A DNA stretch of 64,000 nucleotides from assembly GCA_046291695.1 (NCBI GenBank), contig JBKBSO010000008.1, forward strand, positions 5,419 through 69,418. Direction: 5' to 3'. The notes beneath the pieces are model-generated. The model was given only the letters and a program-made list of their open reading frames with translations, did not search any database and was not told the DNA's origin. Made by a program: the position numbers and the translations under genes. Of the stretch, positions 41,441 through 49,811 are shown one piece after another; position 1 is the stretch's first letter; each line of letters begins with the position of its first letter. The DNA comes from Bacteroidia bacterium (lineage in GTDB: Bacteria > Bacteroidota > Bacteroidia > UBA7662).

Positions 41441-42211
41441 ATGAAAACCAAAGAAGAGATTGTACAAAATTGGTTGCCACGTTATACCGGCCGTCCTTTG
41501 GAGGATTTCACCCCTTACGTACTGATAACCAACTTCTCTAATTACCTGAAATTATTTTCAGAATGGTACGATGTACCGGTAATGGGGCAGGACAAGCCTA
41601 TTCAAACAGTGGTAGCCGATGGCATAACGCTTATCAATTTTGGCATGGGTAGCCCCATGGCAGCCACCATGATTGACCTACTCACCGCTATAAAGCCCAA
41701 AGCTGTTTTGTTTTTAGGCAAATGCGGTGGGCTTAAACGAAAAAATAAAATAGGAGACCTAATCCTTCCGATTGCTGCCATTCGAGGTGAAGGTACCTCT
41801 AACGACTATTTCCCCCCAGAAGTACCTGCACTTCCCTCCTTTGCATTGCAAAAAGCCATTTCAACCACGGTGCGCGATTTTAATATGGACTACTGGACTG
41901 GAACGGTTTATACTACCAATCGCCGGGTTTGGGAACACGATAAAGTATTCAAAAAATACCTACGCGACATACGGGCCATGGCCATCGATATGGAAACCGC
42001 TACCGTATTCACAACCGGATTTTACAATGGGATACCCACGGGCGCGCTCTTACTGGTAAGCGACCAACCCATGATCCCCGAAGGCGTGAAAACAGCGGAA
42101 AGTGATGCCCGTGTTACGGCTCGTTTTGTAGAAAATCACCTACGAATAGGCATTGGCTCACTGAAACAACTAATTAATAACGGACTCACGGTTAAACACC
42201 TGCGTTTCTAA
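41441..42211 (+). CDS. amn: AMP nucleosidase
   Basis: NWLPRYTG, GMGSP, FLGKCGG, IRGEGTS, RRVWE, DMETA, VSDQP. Confidence 0.92.
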   Translation: MKTKEEIVQNWLPRYTGRPLEDFTPYVLITNFSNYLKLFSEWYDVPVMGQDKPIQTVVADGITLINFGMGSPMAATMIDLLTAIKPKAVLFLGKCGGLKRKNKIGDLILPIAAIRGEGTSNDYFPPEVPALPSFALQKAISTTVRDFNMDYWTGTVYTTNRRVWEHDKVFKKYLRDIRAMAIDMETATVFTTGFYNGIPTGALLLVSDQPMIPEGVKTAESDARVTARFVENHLRIGIGSLKQLINNGLTVKHLRF

Positions 42212-42212
42212 A

Positions 42213-43232
42213 ATGGCCCAAATCAACTTTCAGGATTTAAGCAAGCAACTTAAAAGTGGCAAATATCCAGCAGTACTTTTGATGCATGGTGAAGAAGCCT
42301 TCTTCACCGATCAAATTACTCATTGGATTGAACATGAAGCCATCTCCGAAGCACAAAAGGGATTTAATCAAACGGTGATGTATGGTCGCGATGTAGATGC
42401 CGTTACCATCGTAAATGCAGCACGCCGGTTCCCCATGATGGCTGAGCACCAACTAGTACTTGTGAAAGAAGCCCAAAATCTCGGCGACAAGGAGCTTGAA
42501 AAACTCACAGCATACTTCGAGAAACCCTTGACCAGCACCTTTTTGGTAATGGCTTTTAAGGGCAAAACCCTCGATAAACGCAAAAAGAATTATAAACTCG
42601 CCGATGAAAAAGGGCTGATTTTTCTCAGTGAAAAAGTAAAAGACTATCAATTGGCCAAATGGATTGAGCAATACATCAGCCAACAAGGCTTTAAAGTATC
42701 TGTAGAAACAGCCACCATCATGAGCGAGTACCTGGGAAATAACCTCAGTCGAATCGCTTCTGAAATCGAAAAACTAGCCATTAACTTACAAGCCGGAGCT
42801 GCCATTACGGTAGAACTCATAGAAAAATACATAGGCATTAGTCGCGATTTTAACGTATTTGAATTGCAAAATGCCATAGGCCGACGCGATAGCCTGAAAG
42901 CTTTTCAAATTGTAAGTTATTTTGCCGAAAGTCCTAAAGCCAGCAATTTTAGCATGCCGGTAGCCATTGGTTCACTCTACTCCTTTTTCAGTCGTATTTA
43001 CAATTTCCATTTTCACAAAGGAATGCAACCCCAACAAATAGCAGCGGCCTTAGGTGTAAATCCCTATTTCTTGAAGGATTATGAGCTGTATGCCAAGAAC
43101 TTTAGCCTTCCGCGAACTAAAAAAAGTATAGGGCTATTACTTGAATACGACCTCAAAGCCAAAGGATTAGGCAATACCGAAACCTCGGATGGCGAATTGC
43201 TCAAAGAAATGGTGTATAAACTGATGGCTTAG
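42213..43232 (+). CDS. holA: DNA polymerase III delta subunit
   Basis: HGEEAFF, FNQTVMYG, PMMAE, EIEKL, IGISRDFNVFEL. Confidence 0.93.
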   Translation: MAQINFQDLSKQLKSGKYPAVLLMHGEEAFFTDQITHWIEHEAISEAQKGFNQTVMYGRDVDAVTIVNAARRFPMMAEHQLVLVKEAQNLGDKELEKLTAYFEKPLTSTFLVMAFKGKTLDKRKKNYKLADEKGLIFLSEKVKDYQLAKWIEQYISQQGFKVSVETATIMSEYLGNNLSRIASEIEKLAINLQAGAAITVELIEKYIGISRDFNVFELQNAIGRRDSLKAFQIVSYFAESPKASNFSMPVAIGSLYSFFSRIYNFHFHKGMQPQQIAAALGVNPYFLKDYELYAKNFSLPRTKKSIGLLLEYDLKAKGLGNTETSDGELLKEMVYKLMA

Positions 43233-44161
43233 ATCCCAAAGTATAAACGCACTTTTCGCTCATCAAGCGCTATTTGGGCCGTGAGGGCCTCGAGACTTTC
43301 AAAGCGTATATCCGGTCGTATGTGCTGTAAAAACTGCAATTCCAATTCGTAATCGTACAAATCACCTGTAAAATCAAGCAGATTGGTTTCAATATTGTGA
43401 CTTTCACCTTGTATAGTTGGGCGGTTACCAATATAAGTCATGGCCGGATACGACTTACCTCTCACCACAGCATAAGTAGCGTAGACACCTTCACCTGGTA
43501 GTTGTTTATACGGGTCGCCCACAGCTAAATTGGCCGTAGGATAACCTAATTTCCGTCCAATCTGATCGCCACGTACCACCTTGCCATGTAAACTATAGGG
43601 GTAACCCAATAACTTATTGGCCAAAGCCACATCGCCAGCTTCTAGCGATATCCTGATTTTAGTACTGCTTATCGCCAATGCATCGATGGCCTGCTGGCTG
43701 ATTTCTTCAACGCTAAAGGCAGCCGTGATGGCCGATTGCTCACGCAAAAAATGAATGTCTCCTTCCCTCCCTTTTCCAAAGCGATGATCATAGCCGATCA
43801 CCAAGTGGGTAACCCCAATACGTTGGAGCAATAAGTCATGCAAAAATGCTTGGGCCGATTGTTCTGAAAAGGCTGCGTTAAAAGGCATAAAAAACAACAC
43901 ATCCAAACCAAACCGACTACAGAGCGCTTCTTTTTCAGCATCGGTACTGAGCAAACGTAGCTTATCCTTGTCTTTATTGAGCACTATTCGCGGATGTGGT
44001 GTAAAGGTCATTACCGCCGATAAAGCGTCTAAGGCCTCTGCCTGACTTTTTAATCGCCGAATAATTTCCTGATGCCCCAAATGAAGCCCATCAAAAGACC
44101 CAATGGTGAGCACCACTGGCTTTTTGGGCTTGTATTGATCAAGTGTCCGAATTACCTGCAT
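43229..44161 (-). CDS. ribF: Riboflavin kinase / FAD synthetase
   Basis: IGSFDGLHLGH, GYDHRFG, ISSTKIR, GYPTAN, GVYA, RPT, E.N. Confidence 0.97.
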   Translation of the reverse strand: MQVIRTLDQYKPKKPVVLTIGSFDGLHLGHQEIIRRLKSQAEALDALSAVMTFTPHPRIVLNKDKDKLRLLSTDAEKEALCSRFGLDVLFFMPFNAAFSEQSAQAFLHDLLLQRIGVTHLVIGYDHRFGKGREGDIHFLREQSAITAAFSVEEISQQAIDALAISSTKIRISLEAGDVALANKLLGYPYSLHGKVVRGDQIGRKLGYPTANLAVGDPYKQLPGEGVYATYAVVRGKSYPAMTYIGNRPTIQGESHNIETNLLDFTGDLYDYELELQFLQHIRPDIRFESLEALTAQIALDERKVRLYFGI

Positions 44162-44840
44162 CCGTTTCAGCTTGTTGCTTGCGTACTGTCTGCTCAAAAT
44201 CTGTCAGTTGCCAAGCATCCGACAGTTGATAATCGCCAATCGCAGTGCGGCAAAGTTCGGTCAATACAGCTCCGTTTCCAAGAGATTTGCCCAAATCGTG
44301 CACCAGCGAACGGATGTAGGTACCTTTACTGCACTTCACATTGAAGCTTACTTCCGGCAAACTCACTCCGGTGATTTCGAATTGGTAAACATGTACCGGA
44401 CGAGGCTCTAGTTTAACCGCAATGCCCTTTCTGGCATCCTTATAAAGACGTTTTCCACCTACCTTAATGGCCGAATGAGCAGGCGGTAATTGTTGTAAAT
44501 CACCGGTTAGCTTTGAAGCTGCCAAACGTATCTCATCCTCGCGAAGTAAATCCACCGGAAAATATGCATCCGCTTCCGTCTCTAAATCATAACTGGGTGT
44601 AGTCTTTCCCAAACAAAACTTACCAGTGTAGCTTTTGTCCATTCCGGTTAACGACTCGATACTTTTGGTTTTAGCTCCAGTACATAAGATCATTAACCCA
44701 GTAGCCAGAGGATCAAGCGTCCCGGCATGTCCTACTTTTTTAAGCCTTATCAGGTTACGAACCTTTTTTACCAAATCAAAGGAAGTCCAGGTATATGGCT
44801 TATCAAACAGCAGTATCTCGCCTTGCTGAAAATCGAACAT
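44139..44840 (-). CDS. truB: tRNA pseudouridine-55 synthase
   Basis: DKP..WTS, GHAGTLDPLATG, CSKGTYIRSL. Confidence 0.98.
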   Translation of the reverse strand: MFDFQQGEILLFDKPYTWTSFDLVKKVRNLIRLKKVGHAGTLDPLATGLMILCTGAKTKSIESLTGMDKSYTGKFCLGKTTPSYDLETEADAYFPVDLLREDEIRLAASKLTGDLQQLPPAHSAIKVGGKRLYKDARKGIAVKLEPRPVHVYQFEITGVSLPEVSFNVKCSKGTYIRSLVHDLGKSLGNGAVLTELCRTAIGDYQLSDAWQLTDFEQTVRKQQAETDAGNSDT

Positions 44841-44848
44841 GCGTAAAT

Positions 44849-45634
44849 TTAAAGGGTCAGCCCTGTGAAATAAGCATACGCCAAAAACAGCAAGCCAACA
44901 ACAATACGATAATACCCAAAGTGCTTAAAACCATAACGGGTTAAAAAGCTAATGAAGGCCTTCACAGCCACTATAGCTACCACAAAGGCAACCAAGGCTC
45001 CCAATAACATCATGGCCGTGCCATCCGAAGTGAACAGCTCCCTGTTTTTTAATATGTCGTAACCAGTGGCAGCAAACATGGTAGGAATAGCCAGTAAAAA
45101 GCTGAATTCCGCCGCCTGAACCCGGTTAAATCCAGCATATACCCCACCAAAAATAGTTGCTGCCGAACGCGAAACTCCGGGAATCATGCTCAAGCACTGT
45201 ATCACACCAATCTTAAAGGCATCTAAATAACTGATGTCTTCAATCTCCTGATAACGACTTGCCTTCCGTTCAGTCCAACGATCGAGCAATATCAGTACAA
45301 TACCTCCTAGGATCAGCGACAGACTTACCGTTAATGGATTAAACAAGTAGGCTTTGATGGTTTTGTAAGCTAAAAAACCCACCGCACCCGTTGGCAAAAA
45401 TGCTACAAATAGCTTTAAGTAAATATCAATACTCACCAAAAACCTCTTGTAATACAATACCAGCACAGCCAATATGGCCCCTAGCTGGATAACCACTTCA
45501 AATGACTTTACAAAATCATCATCATGTATACCCATTAACGACGAAACAAGAATCATGTGCCCGGTAGAACTTACCGGCAAAAATTCGGTCAACCCCTCTA
45601 CAATGGCAATAATGACCGCTTCAAACCAAGTCAT
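44849..45634 (-). CDS. uppP: Undecaprenyl-diphosphatase
   Basis: EGLTEFLPVSSTGH, QLGAILA, PGVSRS, FSFLLAIP. Confidence 0.97.
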   Translation of the reverse strand: MTWFEAVIIAIVEGLTEFLPVSSTGHMILVSSLMGIHDDDFVKSFEVVIQLGAILAVLVLYYKRFLVSIDIYLKLFVAFLPTGAVGFLAYKTIKAYLFNPLTVSLSLILGGIVLILLDRWTERKASRYQEIEDISYLDAFKIGVIQCLSMIPGVSRSAATIFGGVYAGFNRVQAAEFSFLLAIPTMFAATGYDILKNRELFTSDGTAMMLLGALVAFVVAIVAVKAFISFLTRYGFKHFGYYRIVVGLLFLAYAYFTGLTL

Positions 45635-45637
45635 AGC

Positions 45638-45853
45638 TTATGCTTTTGGGCGAAACATGATGGCGTAAATTTCCACCAGAAAGCCTGCCATTATCAAAAT
45701 AGGCGCTAAAGTAATTTTGGTAAAACCGTAAATATCTTCAGTACCAATCATAAGGATATTCCCCAAAACAATCAGTCCGAGTCCGATAAGCATCAAGGTG
45801 TAATTTTTTTTGCTGAACAACAGCACACCGGTTTCTTTGATTTGATTTTTCAT
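45638..45853 (-). CDS. DUF3098 family small membrane protein
   Basis: FSKKNY.LM.IG, two TM helices; conserved position after ftsX. Confidence 0.75.
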   Translation of the reverse strand: MKNQIKETGVLLFSKKNYTLMLIGLGLIVLGNILMIGTEDIYGFTKITLAPILIMAGFLVEIYAIMFRPKA

Positions 45854-46731
45854 TAGTATAAATCGTCAATTTTTTGTCTAAGATATTTGGAAATGGCAAA
45901 CCAAGTGCTCAGTAGGCTAATCACCAAACCGAGACTCAACATACCAAGACCTATGTATAAGGTGTAAGTATCGTGCCTCAATTCGCGCAACTCAGGCAAT
46001 TGGCGGTCGCTGAACGAAAGCACCGCATACAACAGGCCTCCGGCAACCAATACACTTAACACGCCTTGCAATAAGCTTTTAAATAGATACGGCTTCTTAA
46101 TGAACCAGGAGGTTGCCCCTACCAGCTGCATGCTTTTGATGAGAAATCTTTGAGAATAAAGCGATAATCTAATTGAATTATTGATTAGCGTAATGGTAAT
46201 GAGCAGCAATAGCAAGCTAAAGGCGGCTATTACCAAGGCAACAGTACGTAAGTTTTTGTTGATTAAATCCAATACGTTTTCCTGATAATACACCTCCTTT
46301 ACCACCGGATTAGCGAGTAAAAAAGCTTTGATTTGGCCCAAACTATCCGTGTTGGCAAAGTCGGCACTTACAGTCATATTAAATGAGGCCAACAACGGAT
46401 TGTAGCCCAAAAAATCAACGAAATTTTCTCCTAAATCTTCCGTCAGCACTTGAACGGCTTCTTCTTTCGATACAAAATCGAGTTGTTTCACATAGGAATA
46501 GGCTCGCAGTTGGCGCTCCAATGTCTTAATATCTTTTAATTCAGCTTCTTCCGTAATGAATATCTGTACCTGTAGATTCTCCTTTACATGGTCGGATAGC
46601 ATTTTCGCATTCATTACCAATACGCTGAACAAGCCCAATAAAAAGAGCACTAGCGATATGCTAATTACCGCCGTTACCGTAGTACGACGTGCTTTCCGTC
46701 GAAAATATTTGAGTTGCGATTGTTCTGACAT
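45853..46731 (-). CDS. ftsX: Cell division permease FtsX
   Basis: ISLVLFLLG, SKEEA, GYNPL, NSIRL, MQLVGAT. Confidence 0.93.
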   Translation of the reverse strand: MSEQSQLKYFRRKARRTTVTAVISISLVLFLLGLFSVLVMNAKMLSDHVKENLQVQIFITEEAELKDIKTLERQLRAYSYVKQLDFVSKEEAVQVLTEDLGENFVDFLGYNPLLASFNMTVSADFANTDSLGQIKAFLLANPVVKEVYYQENVLDLINKNLRTVALVIAAFSLLLLLITITLINNSIRLSLYSQRFLIKSMQLVGATSWFIKKPYLFKSLLQGVLSVLVAGGLLYAVLSFSDRQLPELRELRHDTYTLYIGLGMLSLGLVISLLSTWFAISKYLRQKIDDLY

Positions 46732-46854
46732 ACCAAATTCAGCGCTAAAATAAGACTAATTATCGCCAATCAAAGTGCCCTTAAGGCTTTTTAGCATAAC
46801 AAAGCCAAACAAAGCCTGCTTTTGCTATTTTTGCTATTCAATTTTTTTCAACGG

Positions 46855-49803
46855 ATGTCAGAATATAAGTTTAACGAGCAAGAAGCTGAATGGCAGTTAT
46901 ATTGGCTAAAAAATGAAGTCTATAAAACGGAAATGGGCGCACAAAAACCTAAATACTTTGTGCTCGATATGTTCCCTTACCCTTCTGGCGCCGGTTTGCA
47001 TGTTGGTCATCCACTAGGGTACATTGCCAGCGATATTGTTGCCCGCTACAAACGCATGTCTGGCTTTCAAGTGCTTCATCCCATGGGATACGATGCTTTC
47101 GGGCTTCCCGCCGAACAATATGCCATCCAAACCGGTCAGCATCCGGCCATTACCACAGATGTTAACATTAAGCGATACCGTGAACAGCTCGATAAAATCG
47201 GTTTTTGTTTCGATTGGTCACGCGAAGTAAAAACCTGCGAACCCGAATATTACCGCTGGACGCAGTGGATATTTCTTCAGCTATTTGAAAGTTGGTATGA
47301 TAAACAGGCCAACAAGGCCCGCCCCATCAGCGAATTGCAAACCATTCTAAACCAGCAAGGTAATCTACAGCTTCAAGCCGTGTGCGACGAAGAAACACCG
47401 GACCTTACTGCCACCGACTGGCAAAAAATGAACGAACACGACCGCGCACAAATCCTCATGTATTACCGCTTGGCTTACCTGGCCGAAGCACGGGTAAATT
47501 GGTGTGCTGCTTTGGGTACTGTATTGGCCAACGACGAAGTGAAAGATGGCCTTTCGGAGCGCGGAGGACACCCGGTAGAAATCCGTATGATGAAGCAATG
47601 GATGATGCGCATAACCGCCTATTCACAACGGCTACTGGATGGATTGAATGAAATCGATTGGTCCGACGCCATTAAAGAGCAGCAACGAAATTGGATTGGA
47701 CGTTCCGAAGGAGCTTCCGTTTTTTTTCAACTCCAAGGTTACGATGAAAAAATTGAAGTCTTTACCACACGCCCCGATACCATTTTTGGAGTAAGCTTTA
47801 TGGTGTTGGCTCCCGAGCATGAGCTGGTAGCTAAAATCACCACCAGCACACAAAAAGCAGAAGTAGAAGCCTACATCGACAAAACTAAAAACCGGTCGGA
47901 ACGAGAGCGTATGGCCGATGTAAAGTCGGTAAGTGGTGTCAATACCGGAGCCTTTGTTGAACATCCCTTTACTGGCGTACCCATTCCTGTTTGGATTGCC
48001 GATTATGTTCTGGCCGGTTATGGTACCGGTGCGGTAATGGCGGTACCCGGTGGCGATGAGCGCGATTGGCGTTTTGCCCGGCATTTCGGCTTGCCCATCA
48101 TCGAGGTAGTAGAAGGAAGCAACATCGAAGAAGCTGCCAATCCGTCGAAAGACGCCCTCATGATCAACAGCGACTTCCTCAACGGCTTGGTAGCGCGTGA
48201 GGCCATTGGCAAGGCCATTGCAGCCCTCGAAGCCAAAGGTATGGGAAAAGGCAAAATCCAATTCCGTTTGCGCGATGCCATTTTCAGTCGTCAGCGCTAT
48301 TGGGGCGAACCCGTGCCCATTTATTTCGAAAACGGCATAGCCAAAGCCGTAGAAGAAAAGGACCTGCCCCTTAAGCTGCCTGTTGTAGACAAATACCTGC
48401 CCACCTCCGAAGGAGAACCCCCTTTGGCCCGGGCCGAAAACTGGACCTACAAAGGACACCCGCTCGAAACCACCACCATGCCCGGCTGGGCAGGATCGAG
48501 CTGGTATTTCCTGCGCTATATGGACCCGCACAATACAACCGAATTTGCATCGCGCCAAGCCACCGACTTCTGGAATCAGGTAGATTTGTACATGGGCGGC
48601 TCAGAACATGCAACAGGTCACTTATTGTATGCCCGTTTTTGGACCCATTTTTTGTGCGACCGTGGCTTCATAGGCTTCCGTGAGCCCTTTAAAAAGCTGG
48701 TGAATCAGGGGATGATTCAGGGGGTGTCTCATTTCCTATATCGATTTACTGTTCAAAATGATGATAGAATTAAAGAAAGTGCAAATTTTGCTTTAGGAAT
48801 AGATAGGAATATAGAAGAAGCTATACGCAAGCATTTTAATGATTCGGATTTTCAAGTGCTATTTTCTGCTGACCTGTATGATGAAGCTCAAATAGATCAT
48901 CCGGACTATTGGAAAGCATTTAGGATTGACACTAATTATACTGTCGCATTAGATGCAAAAAGAGGTGAACTTAAAATTGACGAATTCTGGGGTAACGGCT
49001 TAAATGTCGATGATTTCGATAAACTGGCTATTGTGACAAAAGGAGGATTTTATGCGAATGGCATCTTTCATACAGTATATGAAGGAGCTAGCAATTCTGT
49101 GTTAACGTTTTCAGAAGTCGAAAAAATGTCGAAATCCAAATGGAACGTCGTCAACCCCGACGACATCATTGCCCAATACGGAGCCGACACCTTGCGCATG
49201 TATGAAATGTTTTTGGGGCCGCTCGAAGACAGCAAGCCCTGGGACACCAAAGGCATTGAAGGCGTCTATCGCTTTTTACAGAAGTTCTGGCGACTGTTCC
49301 ACGAAAAAGCTGAACTGTCGCTCGACCCTGCTCCTGCCACCGAAGCCGAGCTTAAGCTTTTGCATCGCACCATCAAAAAAATCACAGACGACATAGAACG
49401 TTTCTCGTTCAATACCTGCGTAAGTAGTTTCATGATTTGCATCAATGAATTGCAAAGCTTGAGTTGCCGAAAATCCGAAGTACTGCATCCATTGGTGCGA
49501 TTATTGGCGCCTTTTGCCCCACACATAAGCGAAAGTATGTGGCGCCTTTTAGGCGAAGATGGCTCGGTACATCAGGCCACCTTCCCTGGCTATCAAGAAA
49601 AATACCTGATCGACGATACCTTTGATTATCCGGTGCAGGAAAATGGCAAAATGCGATTTAACCTGAGTATGCCTAAACAGGCTGAAAAGGCTGAACTGGA
49701 AAAAATGGCATTGGGTAACGAACGAGTACAGCAATTGTTATCTGGTCGAACATTGAAAAAAATCATCGTGGTGCCGGGTAGAATTGTTAATCTTGTTGTT
49801 TAA
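46855..49803 (+). CDS. leuS: Leucine--tRNA ligase with an expanded, AT-rich leucine-specific domain
   Basis: MFPYPSGAGLHVGH (HIGH), FTTRPDT, KMSKS at 49123; -7 box TATTTTTG at 46826-46833. Confidence 0.99.
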   Translation: MSEYKFNEQEAEWQLYWLKNEVYKTEMGAQKPKYFVLDMFPYPSGAGLHVGHPLGYIASDIVARYKRMSGFQVLHPMGYDAFGLPAEQYAIQTGQHPAITTDVNIKRYREQLDKIGFCFDWSREVKTCEPEYYRWTQWIFLQLFESWYDKQANKARPISELQTILNQQGNLQLQAVCDEETPDLTATDWQKMNEHDRAQILMYYRLAYLAEARVNWCAALGTVLANDEVKDGLSERGGHPVEIRMMKQWMMRITAYSQRLLDGLNEIDWSDAIKEQQRNWIGRSEGASVFFQLQGYDEKIEVFTTRPDTIFGVSFMVLAPEHELVAKITTSTQKAEVEAYIDKTKNRSERERMADVKSVSGVNTGAFVEHPFTGVPIPVWIADYVLAGYGTGAVMAVPGGDERDWRFARHFGLPIIEVVEGSNIEEAANPSKDALMINSDFLNGLVAREAIGKAIAALEAKGMGKGKIQFRLRDAIFSRQRYWGEPVPIYFENGIAKAVEEKDLPLKLPVVDKYLPTSEGEPPLARAENWTYKGHPLETTTMPGWAGSSWYFLRYMDPHNTTEFASRQATDFWNQVDLYMGGSEHATGHLLYARFWTHFLCDRGFIGFREPFKKLVNQGMIQGVSHFLYRFTVQNDDRIKESANFALGIDRNIEEAIRKHFNDSDFQVLFSADLYDEAQIDHPDYWKAFRIDTNYTVALDAKRGELKIDEFWGNGLNVDDFDKLAIVTKGGFYANGIFHTVYEGASNSVLTFSEVEKMSKSKWNVVNPDDIIAQYGADTLRMYEMFLGPLEDSKPWDTKGIEGVYRFLQKFWRLFHEKAELSLDPAPATEAELKLLHRTIKKITDDIERFSFNTCVSSFMICINELQSLSCRKSEVLHPLVRLLAPFAPHISESMWRLLGEDGSVHQATFPGYQEKYLIDDTFDYPVQENGKMRFNLSMPKQAEKAELEKMALGNERVQQLLSGRTLKKIIVVPGRIVNLVV

Positions 49804-49811
49804 CCGTCAAA

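Noticed and set aside
47632-48558. 308-aa antisense ORF inside leuS
   Set aside because: Shadow ORF of a GC-rich coding strand with no recognisable motif.
48724-49122. Intein or homing endonuclease in leuS
   Set aside because: No Cys/Ser-start, His-Asn-end splice junctions and no LAGLIDADG or HNH motif; residual similarity to the normal leucine-specific domain.
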